A stretch of 64,000 nt of DNA from an uncultured Eubacteriales bacterium (GTDB taxonomy: Bacteria > Bacillota > Clostridia > Peptostreptococcales > Anaerovoracaceae): NCBI GenBank assembly GCA_900547295.1, contig URGK01000002.1, positions 22,732 through 86,731 of the forward strand, read 5' to 3'. The notes beneath the pieces are model-generated. The model had not been told where the DNA came from. It was given only the letters and a program-made list of their open reading frames with translations, and did no database searches. Positions within the stretch are counted from its first letter, which is position 1. Every line of letters begins with the position of its first letter. Positions 1 through 9,139 of this stretch are shown here, in pieces. The position numbers and the translations under genes are program-made.

Positions 1-1181
1 CCTGAGCGTATCAGTTCTCCAACATAGGAATAGGTTGCCCAGTACACAAATATGTGATCGGGCATGCATGGTATCATAACTCTCACGTCTATGCCCGAAA
101 GCGCCGCAACTTTGAGTGACTCTATAATGCTGGCATCAGGTACAAAATATGGCGTCTGAAGATATATGTTCTTCTTTGCGGATACAATCATCTTCATGTA
201 CGCTCTCTTGACTTCCTGCCGTTCGTTGTCGGGGCCTGAGGTTACTATCTGTATGCCTGTATTGCCCGCATTTACCGGTTCTTCGAGAAATATTGATGAA
301 AAGTCCAAATTTTCTTTTGAGGCAAAACGCCAGTCCAGTATGAATCTTGCATTAATATCGTGGACAGCTCCGCCTCTTATTCTGACATGTGTATCTCTCC
401 AGTATCCGAATTTCTCTTTGAGGCCCAGATATTCTCTTGCTATATTGAATCCGCCTATGTATCCTATGCTGTTGTCTATAACAACCAGTTTCCTGTGGTT
501 TCTGTAGTTAAGCCTCATAAGGAAGATTTTCATCTTGGGCCTGAAGAAAAACGCACATTTAACTCCTGCATCCATAAGAGGCTGTATTCTCCGCTTTGTA
601 ATCTGTCTGCATCCGAGAGCATCCATAAGAAGCCTTACCTCAACGCCTTCTTTTGCTTTCTTTTCGAGGGCCTTGAGGAGTCTGATCCCAACCTTATCCC
701 ATTTGATGATATAGTATTCGATATTGATGCTTTTTTTGGCGTTTTCGATGTCTGCAATCAGACTTTCGAATTTCTCTCTGCCGTCTGTAAAAAGCTCTAC
801 CTCATTGTTCTGAGTGAAATATGCACTGTCATATCTCTGATTGAGTCTGATCATATCTCTCCATTCGGCAGCTTCTTCATTAACAAACTCGTATTTGCCC
901 GTTGAGATTGCATCCATCTGTTTTTTGAGTGATGAGCTGACGAATTTCTCCTCATCGGGATTCAGCCGGAATATCTGTTTTCGGGCGATATTCTGTGAAA
1001 AAATCATATACAGGATAAGTCCGACCACCGGCAGAAATGTAAGCACCAGTACCCACGCAAGAGTGGATTCGGGGTTTTTTCTTTCCATAAAGATTATGGC
1101 TATAATGATAAGAATGTTTACTGCTGCGATAGCTGCCGCCAGCCCTGTTGTCGTTTCAAACGGTGTCAATAATACTATCAT
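1..1181 (-). CDS. cls: Cardiolipin synthase (phospholipase D family), C-terminal part runs off the left window edge
   Basis: Reverse-strand translation from ATG (complement 1179-1181) gives MIVLLTPFETTTGLAAAIAAVNILIIIAIIFMERKNPESTLAWVLVLTFLPVVGLILYMIF..., two N-terminal TM helices then first HKD motif (HRKLVVIDN). RBS GGAGAG ~7 nt upstream. Not in the supplied ORF list because no stop codon inside the window. Confidence 0.85.
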   Translation of the reverse strand, partial: MIVLLTPFETTTGLAAAIAAVNILIIIAIIFMERKNPESTLAWVLVLTFLPVVGLILYMIFSQNIARKQIFRLNPDEEKFVSSSLKKQMDAISTGKYEFVNEEAAEWRDMIRLNQRYDSAYFTQNNEVELFTDGREKFESLIADIENAKKSINIEYYIIKWDKVGIRLLKALEKKAKEGVEVRLLMDALGCRQITKRRIQPLMDAGVKCAFFFRPKMKIFLMRLNYRNHRKLVVIDNSIGYIGGFNIAREYLGLKEKFGYWRDTHVRIRGGAVHDINARFILDWRFASKENLDFSSIFLEEPVNAGNTGIQIVTSGPDNERQEVKRAYMKMIVSAKKNIYLQTPYFVPDASIIESLKVAALSGIDVRVMIPCMPDHIFVYWATYSYVGELIRS

Positions 1182-1280
1182 AAATCTCTCCACTTTCCTT
1201 TTAGTTAATTAAGTCTATCACGATACCGGCTTCTTGTCAAAAGGCATAAGCGATATTATAATATATACGAGGAAAGTTGT

Positions 1281-1553
1281 ATGGAAAAAAAGAACTATGT
1301 ATATATTTTAAAATGCTCAGACGGCACCTTTTATACCGGCTGGACAACAGACATTGAAGCCAGAGTAAATACCCATAACAGCGGCAGCGGAGCCAAATAC
1401 ACCAGAGGCCGCCGTCCTGTCAGCCTTGTATATTATGAGGAGCTTCCTGACAGATCCGCCGCATTAAAAAGAGAGGCAGCCATCAAAAGACTGCCTAGAA
1501 ATAAAAAGCTTGAACTTATAGCATCTAATCCTGCCCGCCCTTGTAAGGGTTGA
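1281..1553 (+). CDS. GIY-YIG nuclease family protein (UPF0213/YhbQ-like, 90 aa)
   Basis: N-terminal YVYILKCSDGTFYTGWTTDIEARVNTHNSG is the canonical GIY-YIG motif of small stand-alone UPF0213 proteins. Confidence 0.85.
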   Translation: MEKKNYVYILKCSDGTFYTGWTTDIEARVNTHNSGSGAKYTRGRRPVSLVYYEELPDRSAALKREAAIKRLPRNKKLELIASNPARPCKG

Positions 1554-2427
1554 CATGCACCATACAGTGCTTGACATCGGGGAAGTTTTTTTCAATTTCA
1601 TTATGCACACGCTCCGCTATGCCGTGCGCATCATAAAGGCTCAGATTTCCGTCTGCCGCTATTTCTACATCTGTATATATCTTCGCTCCGAAAATTCTCG
1701 TCTTGATATCATCAACCGCAAGCACACCCTCCTGCTTCATCACAATCTCTTCCATTTTTTCAACGGTTTCATCATCACAGGATTTGTCCGTAAGCTTGCC
1801 TACGGCCTCCATAAATATATCAACCGTAACCTTTAATATCATCACGCAGATTATAAGGCTGGCAATGGGGTCAAGCACCTGAAATCCAAGCCTTGCGCCA
1901 AGTATTCCCGCAAAGCTTCCAACCGATGACAGTACATCTGACCTGTGATGCCACGCCTCTGCCATAAGTGCGCTTGAGTTTATCTTCTTCGCTCCGTTTC
2001 TGGTGTACCAGAACATCGCTTCCTTTGATACTATTGAAATCACAGCGGCAATAAGGGCTATAAGACCCGGTGTTTCAATGCTGTCATAATTGCCGTAAAG
2101 AACTGTTTTAACTCCTGAATATCCTATTCCAAGCCCGACAGCGCACAGCACCACTGAAAGTATAATTGCAGCAATGCACTCTATTCTTTCGTGTCCGTAC
2201 TGATGATCGTGGTCTGAATCCTTAGCCGCTATTTTAACTCCCGCTATAACCACCATGCTGCTGAACACATCGGACAGTGAGTGTATGGCATCTGAAACCA
2301 TAGCCGCCGACCTGCCAAAAATACCCGCAAAGAGTTTGAATGCCGCCAGCACAATGTTGCCTGCTCCGCTTACCACTGATATCTTAACCGCAATCTGTTC
2401 ATTTGTTTTTGTCTTTTTCTCTCTCAT
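1525..2427 (-). CDS. Cation diffusion facilitator (CDF) family divalent-cation efflux transporter
   Basis: 6-TM N-terminal domain with HSLSDVFSS...DSDHDHQYGHERIE motif and cytoplasmic C-terminal domain typical of CzcD/FieF-type CDF proteins. Overlaps the 3' end of the convergent GIY-YIG gene by 29 nt. Confidence 0.9.
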   Translation of the reverse strand: MREKKTKTNEQIAVKISVVSGAGNIVLAAFKLFAGIFGRSAAMVSDAIHSLSDVFSSMVVIAGVKIAAKDSDHDHQYGHERIECIAAIILSVVLCAVGLGIGYSGVKTVLYGNYDSIETPGLIALIAAVISIVSKEAMFWYTRNGAKKINSSALMAEAWHHRSDVLSSVGSFAGILGARLGFQVLDPIASLIICVMILKVTVDIFMEAVGKLTDKSCDDETVEKMEEIVMKQEGVLAVDDIKTRIFGAKIYTDVEIAADGNLSLYDAHGIAERVHNEIEKNFPDVKHCMVHVNPYKGGQD

Positions 2428-2530
2428 AAATTATCACCTTACCTATTTTATTCACTGCCCCTGAATTGTTACTTTATCGTAAATGGGGTTAGGTCATTTC
2501 GCCGTAGTTTTCTTGCCAATCATATCCCGA

Positions 2531-2575
2531 AAATATAAAAAAACATCTGAAGGATATATATCGTCCCGCAGATGT
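2531..2575 (-). terminator. Rho-independent terminator downstream of flavoprotein gene
   Basis: Minus-strand RNA: AACAUCUG-cgggacgauauauauccuu-CAGAUGUU (8-bp stem) followed by UUUUUUUAUAUUUU. Confidence 0.55.
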
Positions 2576-2647
2576 TAATAATCTGTTGCCTTAAGCCCGG
2601 CTTTCGCCTGACAAAAACATTTTAATATATCGCGCTGCCTGTGTCAA

Positions 2648-3175
2648 CTATTTTACCTTGTCTGCCAGCATTGCAATCTTTTTAAGGTCATCAGGTCTGT
2701 TGGCAAGGTCATCTTTTTCTCCGGCGCTTACAGGCTCATAGAATACCATATCCCAGCCAAGATAGTCTGCTATACACCTGAAAGTGTCCTCTATAATCCT
2801 GTACTGAGGTCCCTCAAGCTCATCTTCACCTATGGCAATAACGCCTATCTTCTTTTTCTGTCCCTGCAGCAGATTACATCTTGCATACAGCTTGTCTATT
2901 GCAAGCTTGAGCTGAGCTGTAACGCCCCACCAGTATACAGGTGTTGCAAACAGAATGAAATCAGCCTCTTCAACCTTATCCATTACTTCATTGGTATCAT
3001 CTTTGTCAACACAGCTGCCCTCATTCTGACAGAAAAGACAGGCCTTGCACGGCGCTATTTTTTTAGCCTTAAGATTTATGATTTCAAAATCCTTATCTTC
3101 ACCGCCCATAAAGGCATTGATTGCAGCTACCGTATTTCCCTGTCTGGGACTTCCGTTAAGTATTAATTTTTTCAT
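2648..3175 (-). CDS. Flavodoxin-like fold NAD(P)H-dependent FMN reductase / iron-sulfur flavoprotein
   Basis: MKKLILNGSPRQGNT... N-terminus (flavodoxin-like FMN site), Cys cluster CKACLFCQNEGSC typical of Isf-type iron-sulfur flavoproteins, FILFATPVYWWG motif. Confidence 0.7.
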   Translation of the reverse strand: MKKLILNGSPRQGNTVAAINAFMGGEDKDFEIINLKAKKIAPCKACLFCQNEGSCVDKDDTNEVMDKVEEADFILFATPVYWWGVTAQLKLAIDKLYARCNLLQGQKKKIGVIAIGEDELEGPQYRIIEDTFRCIADYLGWDMVFYEPVSAGEKDDLANRPDDLKKIAMLADKVK

Positions 3176-3255
3176 ATTACACGCTCTCCTCTCGTTCCTT
3201 AATCCTGATATTTATTATATACAAAACGCAGACGCAAAACAATATCCTGCGTATA

Positions 3256-4050
3256 TCATCCGCCGTATATTCTGCCCACAATATACGACACCAGTCCTGC
3301 GGGAAGTATTTTGACAAGCGCGCAAAACAGCCTGTATTTAAAGCCTATCGTGTATACCGGCCTTACTTTTTTGGCTGAAGCGACAGTTGCTATTAAATGA
3401 GCCGCAGTTTCCGGCTTCATGCCGTTTTGCTCATCATGCTCCATTACAGCAACGCTTCTTGAAATTCTGCCGCTGTATATTTCATCGCCTGCATATGATT
3501 TTTCTCTAGCTCCCGTAAATCCTGTGCATATATCTCCGGGCTGAACCGCGCACACGCTTATTCCGTAAGGTCTAACCTCATTGATAAGCGCCATTGTATA
3601 TGAGTTTATTGCAGCCTTTGCAGCCGAATAGTATGCCTGAAACGGTATTGCTATAGGCGCCGCCACCGAGCTTATATTTACAATCCTGCCGCCTCCGGCT
3701 CTGCGCATAAACGGTATTACGGCTCTGTTCATATTGACCATTCCGAAGAAATTGACATCAAACTGTTTTCTGGCGTCTGCGGTTTCGGTAAACTCGACAG
3801 CGCCGGATATTCCAAAGCCTGCATTGTTAATCAGCACATCTATTCTGCCCGCTTTGTCTATGATATATGATACGGCTTCGTTTATACGCTTTTCATCTGT
3901 CACGTCAGCGGATATATGGTTTATACCCGCCGCGCCCTCTCTGCGTCTGCTTATATCAAAAACCTCATAGCCCTTTGCTTTCATTTCGAGAGCCGTGCAA
4001 AGACCGATGCCTGATGATCCGCCTGTAATTACACAAATTTTCTGCTCCAT
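3256..4050 (-). CDS. SDR family NAD(P)-dependent oxidoreductase
   Basis: TGGSSGIG Rossmann motif, NNAG, catalytic YSAAKAA; 264 aa. Start 1 nt after the ABC permease stop, suggesting co-transcription. Confidence 0.85.
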   Translation of the reverse strand: MEQKICVITGGSSGIGLCTALEMKAKGYEVFDISRRREGAAGINHISADVTDEKRINEAVSYIIDKAGRIDVLINNAGFGISGAVEFTETADARKQFDVNFFGMVNMNRAVIPFMRRAGGGRIVNISSVAAPIAIPFQAYYSAAKAAINSYTMALINEVRPYGISVCAVQPGDICTGFTGAREKSYAGDEIYSGRISRSVAVMEHDEQNGMKPETAAHLIATVASAKKVRPVYTIGFKYRLFCALVKILPAGLVSYIVGRIYGG

Positions 4051-4051
4051 A

Positions 4052-4801
4052 TTATTTATTGTCCTTTACCATCATTTTTTTAAATGCAATCACCGCAAGC
4101 ACTGAAATTACCACGGCATATGCAATATCCGTAACAAGGTACATCCAAAAGCCTTCGTATTCGCCCGATACTGCCATTCTGCCCATACAGGTTGCAGGAT
4201 ACCACGGCAGGAATTTGCATACGGTCTCCAGACTTCCCATAGTTTCAAGAGGCATCCACGCGCCGCCCAGCACCGCGCTTATAGTTATGATTGCGCTTGA
4301 TACTCCCGGAGCCGACTTGTCCGACAGAATACTTCCAAACAGAATTCCGATAGCCGTCATAACAACTATAACAGGCAGATCCACCGCAAAGTTAAGCAGC
4401 ACGCCGCCAAAGCTGAGGCTCACACCTGTTGCTGCCGCAATTATGTATGATACTATAACGCATATAATTATCTGTAAATATCCGAGAATAATTCCCGGAA
4501 CTCCATACCCGATGATATAGTCTGAGGTTTTCATAGGTGAGGAATAAAGTCTTGAAAGCAGCGAGGTTGTCCTGTCCTTGCTTACAAGTATAGCCATATA
4601 AAGCATTACAAAGGCAAATGCAAATACTATTATTCCTGGCATAAGAACATCTATGTTAAACCAGTATGCATCAGGTGTATAATGCCCTATAAGCTGAAAC
4701 ATTCCTATCATAGCCACAGGGAAAATCACACAGAATATTATTCCCAGCGGGTCCCTTAATATCTCCTTTATGTTTCTTGATGCAAAGTTCCACGCTTTCA
4801 T
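4052..4801 (-). CDS. ABC-2 type transporter permease
   Basis: 6 predicted TM helices, 249 aa, start overlaps the ATPase stop (ATGA). Confidence 0.8.
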   Translation of the reverse strand: MKAWNFASRNIKEILRDPLGIIFCVIFPVAMIGMFQLIGHYTPDAYWFNIDVLMPGIIVFAFAFVMLYMAILVSKDRTTSLLSRLYSSPMKTSDYIIGYGVPGIILGYLQIIICVIVSYIIAAATGVSLSFGGVLLNFAVDLPVIVVMTAIGILFGSILSDKSAPGVSSAIITISAVLGGAWMPLETMGSLETVCKFLPWYPATCMGRMAVSGEYEGFWMYLVTDIAYAVVISVLAVIAFKKMMVKDNK

Positions 4802-5526
4802 TACAGCTCACCTCCCACAAGTTTGATAAACGCGTCTTCAAAGCTTTCTGTTCCGGCTTTTTCAATAAGCTCCTGCGCGCTGCCGGAGGCTGTAATCCGG
4901 CCTGCTTTCATAATCGCTATACTGTCTGCAAGAGCCTCCGCCTCCTCCATATAGTGAGTTGTAAGTATTATTGTCTTGTGTCCTTTCAGCCCCTTTATTA
5001 TCTTCCAGAGCTCTCTCCTTGCTATGACGTCAAGCCCAAGTGTAGGCTCATCTAAAAACAGTATTTCGGGATCCGATATCAGCGCCATTGCAATGGAAAG
5101 TCTCCTCTGCCAGCCGCCCGAAAGTGTTTTTGCTCTCTGATTTATTATTTCCTCAAACTTAAATTCAGAAATTATCTTCTCAATCCTGTCGCTATCCTTA
5201 ACATCATATACCCCCGCTATAAATTCGAGGTTTTCCCTTACTGTCAGGTTTCCTGCAACTGCTGTTTCCTGCGGAGATACATTTACAATCTCCTTTACCT
5301 TGTCCGGGCTGTTTACAACTGAATAACCGTTAAGCAGTGCGTCTCCGGAGGTTGGTATGCTGAGCGCTGTAAGCATTTTAATTGTGGTAGTCTTGCCTGC
5401 TCCGTTAATTCCAAGCAGCGCAAACAGCTCTCCGTCCTTTATATCAAGTGAAATATTATCTACTGCTGTCCTGCTGCCAAACACCTTGGTCAGGTCTTTT
5501 ATCTCTATGCCCCTTTTATCACTCAT
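4801..5526 (-). CDS. ABC transporter ATP-binding protein
   Basis: Walker A GINGAGKTTT, signature LSGGWQRRLSIAMAL, Walker B LFLDEPTLGLD. Listed ORF extends to 5559, but the ATG at 5526 (MSDKRGIEIKDL...) gives ATGAGTGA overlap with the upstream AbrB-like stop, so 5526 is the probable start. Confidence 0.9.
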   Translation of the reverse strand: MSDKRGIEIKDLTKVFGSRTAVDNISLDIKDGELFALLGINGAGKTTTIKMLTALSIPTSGDALLNGYSVVNSPDKVKEIVNVSPQETAVAGNLTVRENLEFIAGVYDVKDSDRIEKIISEFKFEEIINQRAKTLSGGWQRRLSIAMALISDPEILFLDEPTLGLDVIARRELWKIIKGLKGHKTIILTTHYMEEAEALADSIAIMKAGRITASGSAQELIEKAGTESFEDAFIKLVGGEL

Positions 5527-5737
5527 CGCTTTTGCCTCCCATTTTTTTAATTCCGTCAAAAATAAGGTCTGCCACCGACAGTTCCGTTATTGCAATGCCT
5601 TTCTCCTTGTCTGCAAGCAGAAGCACCGAGTCGCCGGGTTTTAAGTCAAACATATCTCTTACGGCCTTGGGAATAACTATCTGGCCCTTCTCGCCGATTT
5701 TAACCGGCTGCATATATTTGCCCTCAGGAAATTTCAT
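5519..5737 (-). CDS. AbrB/MazE/SpoVT family swapped-hairpin DNA-binding protein (~72 aa)
   Basis: MKFPEGKYMQPVKIGEKGQIVIPKAVRDMFDLKPGDSVLLLADKEKGIAI matches the SpoVT/AbrB looped-hinge-helix fold. Start chosen at 5737 because GGAGGT lies 6 nt upstream; the listed ORF start at 5833 has no RBS. Confidence 0.75.
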   Translation of the reverse strand: MKFPEGKYMQPVKIGEKGQIVIPKAVRDMFDLKPGDSVLLLADKEKGIAITELSVADLIFDGIKKMGGKSDE

Positions 5738-5829
5738 AGGTTTACCTCCAGTTTTAAAAGTATAACTTGTATAACTAATTATACTTTTCACCCATACCTT
5801 TGTCAAGCAATTAAAAACAGAGCTGCATT

Positions 5830-6015
5830 TCACACTTTGCTCTGCTTAGCTCTGTTCAAGATTTCAAGTTCTTTTTTCTCTCTGCATTTCCTGCATATCA
5901 TATCGGAAATTATATCATCGCTTTGCAAAAATCCCTCACGTTTATACTCTGCTTCTCTTGTTCCCATAATCCTGCCGCACTGCGGACATATCACGTTTCT
6001 GGTTACTGTTATCAT
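5830..6015 (-). CDS. Small zinc-ribbon protein (61 aa), first gene of the AbrB-ABC-SDR operon
   Basis: MITVTRNVICPQCGRIMGTREAEYKREGFLQSDDIISDMICRKCREKK: two CxxC pairs (CPQC...CRKC). AGAGGT RBS 8 nt before the ATG at 6015; longer listed ORF (to 6075) lacks an RBS. Confidence 0.5.
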   Translation of the reverse strand: MITVTRNVICPQCGRIMGTREAEYKREGFLQSDDIISDMICRKCREKKELEILNRAKQSKV

Positions 6016-6075
6016 TCTCGTATACCTCTGTTTTACTGATATACAAAGTCTATATCCGCTGCTGTGAATTGTCAA

Positions 6076-6114
6076 TCACAAATGAGTGAAAGGAGCCCAA
6101 AAGAGCTCCTTTCC
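6076..6114 (-). terminator. Rho-independent terminator after surface-protein paralog 1
   Basis: Minus RNA GAAAGGAGCUCUUUUGGGCUCCUUUC (9-bp stem) then ACUCAUUUGUG. Confidence 0.5.
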
Positions 6115-6126
6115 TGTTAAAGTTAT

Positions 6127-9018
6127 TTATTTACTCCAAGTTCTCAATCCGTATTTACACTGTTTAAGAACTGTCTGTCCTGCTAAAGTATCTCCGCTGT
6201 ATACCATAGCCTTAGCCTTGTAGTAGTACTTCGTGCCTTTCTTGCCGGCAGTGTTGATGTATGTGTTTGTATCCTTGGTCTTAACAGCTTTGTATCCTGC
6301 AGCTTTCTTTGCTGATCTGTAGAACTTGTATTTAACTGTATATCCTGCATCTGTCAGCGCAGTTATATCTCCCGATACTACAGCTTTGATGTTCTTCTTT
6401 GATGTCTTTGATGTTCTTACTTTAAGATTAACTTCCTTAATCATGATATCTAACTGTTCAGCCATAGCCTTATCAGCCTCATCCTTAGCCATTACTGCAT
6501 ATTCTGAGAAGTGGCCTGTTGTAAAGGTGTATGTACCGTCTGCGTTCTTCTGTCCGTTTACTAATGTGTAGATACCGTTGTCATTGATGTATACACATAC
6601 AACATCCTTGGCTGCAAGCTCCTTGGACAGGTTAATTGTAACCTTGACATTACCGCCATTGAAGTCCTTAACAGCTCCGTTTGATGTTATAAGTTTCAGG
6701 TTTACATGGCAGATGTTTTCATCAGACTTAATGGTTTCGATTATCAGTCTGACAAAACCTGTATTTCCTGCCTGCGCTGCAACTGCATCAAGCGCAGTCT
6801 TGTCTAAATCAACTTTACCGTTATCAGTTTTAATAACCAGATTGGCATCTGTTTTTTCAGCCAGTTCCTTAACTGTCTTTTCAGGTATGCCGACTTCTGA
6901 TGATGCTACATTGTTATTACCTGCTGCATCAACGATGATTTCTTCTGATTTATTTTCTAATGCTTTTTCAACAATCTTGTCTGCTGTCTTGGCATCTACA
7001 GTTGTTTCAGCCTTATTGTCCTTAACAGCCGGAGTAAGGTCAGCAGTTGTATTCTTATCTGCAGGGTTGTTGGTTACGTTGTCTGTAGGGGTTGATGGTG
7101 TGTATGGTACAGGCCTAACTGTCCAAGCGTCACCACTCTTATCAGCATAATATCCTGAAGCTACATATGCACTAGGATCTGATGAGAATGTACCGCCTGT
7201 GATAGTAGCAGTTCCCTTATATTTTTCGCTATTATCATAACGATCACAAAGCACCTTCTGATTATCTTTACTTATATATGTACCTCCTGTTACTGTCAGT
7301 TCTCCAACAGCACGATTTTCAGCATATTTTGCAGTAAATAAAACTGCTTCAGCACTGTCATTTGCTTCAAAGCTACCACCGGAAAGATTAGCCTTGTGCC
7401 AGTTCATAATAACAAACTGCGAAGTATTAGAGAAAGATCCGCCGCTAACCGTCAACTCACCTAATTCATCATTTTTTACAGTATTAATACCGCCAGAAAA
7501 GCTTCCCCCGTTTATTTTTAATTTGGATGCGCTTTGACTTGCACTATCACCGCCATTACGGATCATACTTGAGAAGTGTCCTTTATTTGTAACATTAACA
7601 CCATTTTTGATGGTCATATTACCACCCTTATCATTCAAAATAGTGTAGAAGCTATTCTTACCGGCACTGTCCTTATTATTCTCTTCATCCTCTAAACTTC
7701 GAGTATAAGTACCTCCATTAAGTATAGCTGTACCATAGTTAACTAAAGCTGCTTTGCCGTGAGTTACATTGTCTACAGTACCAGCCTTATTTTCACTGGT
7801 ATCCTCAATAGTAAGTGTACCTCTATTAACAATTGTATGGCTACCACTATTTGTTATCTTATTTCCGTTAAGGTCAATAGTTGCAGTACAATCTGCTAGT
7901 ATTGCAACATCCTTAGTAGCATCTTTACCAAGCTTAATTGTAACATTAGCACTTTCTCCAAGATAATCTACTGCACTTAAATCAGAATATGTACCACCTG
8001 TGATAAAATTTTTCTTATCTTCACTATATATAGCATTAGTTCCACCCTTTATAGCTGTAAAGTTTCCACCAGATACTGCGATTTTTACTTTAGCTATGTT
8101 TTCAACACTGTTTTTTTGTGGATTACTCTCGTATAGCGCACTGAAACCCTTTATATCTCCACTAATAATTTTTACGTCAATTGGTAAACCTGTAGTGTGC
8201 TGTGCAATCGCAATTCCCGCACCATCAGTAGTCGAGCCATTACCATTAGGAGTTACTGTTTTAGGTGCACTGGTGCCTGTAATCTCTGTATTTTCTGATA
8301 CAGTAAGTTCTCCTGCACGAATTTCTATTCCAGTAGCTCCTGTTATCTTTGCGCCTTCAATATTCCATTTCGCATATCCTGCAGCATAAATTCCATCTCC
8401 TACTGACTCAATAGTTGCAGTTGATCCTATTTTAATATTTGGAACGGCTCCTGTTGTGGCTACAATTTGCCCATTTATATAAATTCCAGATCCCTTGTCA
8501 CCAGATGTATCAGCAAGACCTTCAAGCTTACCGTTTACTGTGGCATTAATACCGTAATTTGAACCCTTATTCTGATCAATAAAAAGAGCACTCCAACCTC
8601 TAAGTGTGATATTTTCTCCAACTATAACATTGCTGTGATTTGTTTCAGTTTGCTGTGATCCGCCATTTAAAATAACTGGTCCAAAATAAGGCTCAGCTTC
8701 AGATACAGTTCCAGTGCCTTTAAACTCTAAAGTCCCATTTTTAACAGTAAAATGTTTTTTAGAAGAAAATGATATATTCTTACCATTCATATCTATAGTT
8801 ATATTTTTGCCATTTTCTATAACAATGACTTTCCCAACATTTACCAAATCCTCTTCTAATCTAATATTTATATTTTGACCAGTAGTATTACTTAAAGCAT
8901 TATTAAACTCTTCTATGCTTTTTACATGAACTACTGTTTCCTCCGCAGCAAACACCCCTATAGGCATCATTGCCACTATCATAGCCATACTTATGACTAT
9001 AGCCAATAACTTCTTCAT
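6127..9018 (-). CDS. Large secreted repeat protein, paralog 1 (963 aa). Signal peptide, Gly/Thr/Asn-rich beta-helix-like repeats, conserved ~330 aa C-terminal module.
   Basis: N-terminus MKKLLAIVISMAMIVAMMPIGVFA is identical to paralog 2. Central region is low-complexity G/N/T-rich with recurring xGGxFSxx/NGGT motifs. The C-terminal ~330 aa (PYTPSTPTDNVTNN...KQCKYGLRTWSK) is ~85% identical to paralog 2 and contains an Fn3-like YKFYRS...KYYYKAKA module also found in the M23 peptidases of this window. GGAGGG RBS. No LPXTG, SLH or choline-binding anchor seen. Confidence 0.8.
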   Translation of the reverse strand: MKKLLAIVISMAMIVAMMPIGVFAAEETVVHVKSIEEFNNALSNTTGQNINIRLEEDLVNVGKVIVIENGKNITIDMNGKNISFSSKKHFTVKNGTLEFKGTGTVSEAEPYFGPVILNGGSQQTETNHSNVIVGENITLRGWSALFIDQNKGSNYGINATVNGKLEGLADTSGDKGSGIYINGQIVATTGAVPNIKIGSTATIESVGDGIYAAGYAKWNIEGAKITGATGIEIRAGELTVSENTEITGTSAPKTVTPNGNGSTTDGAGIAIAQHTTGLPIDVKIISGDIKGFSALYESNPQKNSVENIAKVKIAVSGGNFTAIKGGTNAIYSEDKKNFITGGTYSDLSAVDYLGESANVTIKLGKDATKDVAILADCTATIDLNGNKITNSGSHTIVNRGTLTIEDTSENKAGTVDNVTHGKAALVNYGTAILNGGTYTRSLEDEENNKDSAGKNSFYTILNDKGGNMTIKNGVNVTNKGHFSSMIRNGGDSASQSASKLKINGGSFSGGINTVKNDELGELTVSGGSFSNTSQFVIMNWHKANLSGGSFEANDSAEAVLFTAKYAENRAVGELTVTGGTYISKDNQKVLCDRYDNSEKYKGTATITGGTFSSDPSAYVASGYYADKSGDAWTVRPVPYTPSTPTDNVTNNPADKNTTADLTPAVKDNKAETTVDAKTADKIVEKALENKSEEIIVDAAGNNNVASSEVGIPEKTVKELAEKTDANLVIKTDNGKVDLDKTALDAVAAQAGNTGFVRLIIETIKSDENICHVNLKLITSNGAVKDFNGGNVKVTINLSKELAAKDVVCVYINDNGIYTLVNGQKNADGTYTFTTGHFSEYAVMAKDEADKAMAEQLDIMIKEVNLKVRTSKTSKKNIKAVVSGDITALTDAGYTVKYKFYRSAKKAAGYKAVKTKDTNTYINTAGKKGTKYYYKAKAMVYSGDTLAGQTVLKQCKYGLRTWSK

Positions 9019-9034
9019 TCGTTTTCCCTCCTCG

Positions 9035-9057
9035 AATAAATAAATAAATAAATAAAT
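9035..9057. repeat. (AAAT)5 microsatellite in 5' UTR of paralog 1
   Basis: aataaataaataaataaataaat directly read; lies between the leader terminator hairpin and the RBS. Confidence 0.9.
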
Positions 9058-9087
9058 TTGTTGCCTGTTACCTTTATTAAGTAACTT

Positions 9088-9124
9088 TAAATTAAAAAGA
9101 CAAGCTTCTGCCTGCCTTGCTGTC
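9088..9124 (-). terminator. Terminator-like hairpin + U-tract forming the expression platform of riboswitch copy 1
   Basis: Minus RNA GACAGCAAGGCAGGCAGAAGCUUGUC followed by UUUUUAAUUU, between the aptamer and the paralog 1 RBS. Confidence 0.5.
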
Positions 9125-9139
9125 GTAATAAATATTAGT

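Noticed and set aside
166-1212. Plus-strand ORFs 166-507, 360-905, 841-1212
   Set aside because: Low-complexity translations antisense to a well-supported cardiolipin synthase gene. No RBS, no motifs.
2428-2540. Possible NiCo (czcD-motif) riboswitch upstream of the CDF transporter
   Set aside because: Only a short CAGGGGCAGUGA-like stretch. I could not reconstruct the four-stem junction or the conserved cores, so I treat it as an ordinary promoter and RBS region.
4059-4520. Plus-strand 153-aa ORF inside the ABC permease gene
   Set aside because: Antisense to a clean polytopic permease; no start context.
5830-6075. Longer 81-aa version of the Zn-ribbon ORF and 104-aa version of the AbrB-like ORF
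   Set aside because: The N-terminal extensions lack RBSs. The internal ATGs at 6015 and 5737 have AGAGGT and GGAGGT at correct spacing.
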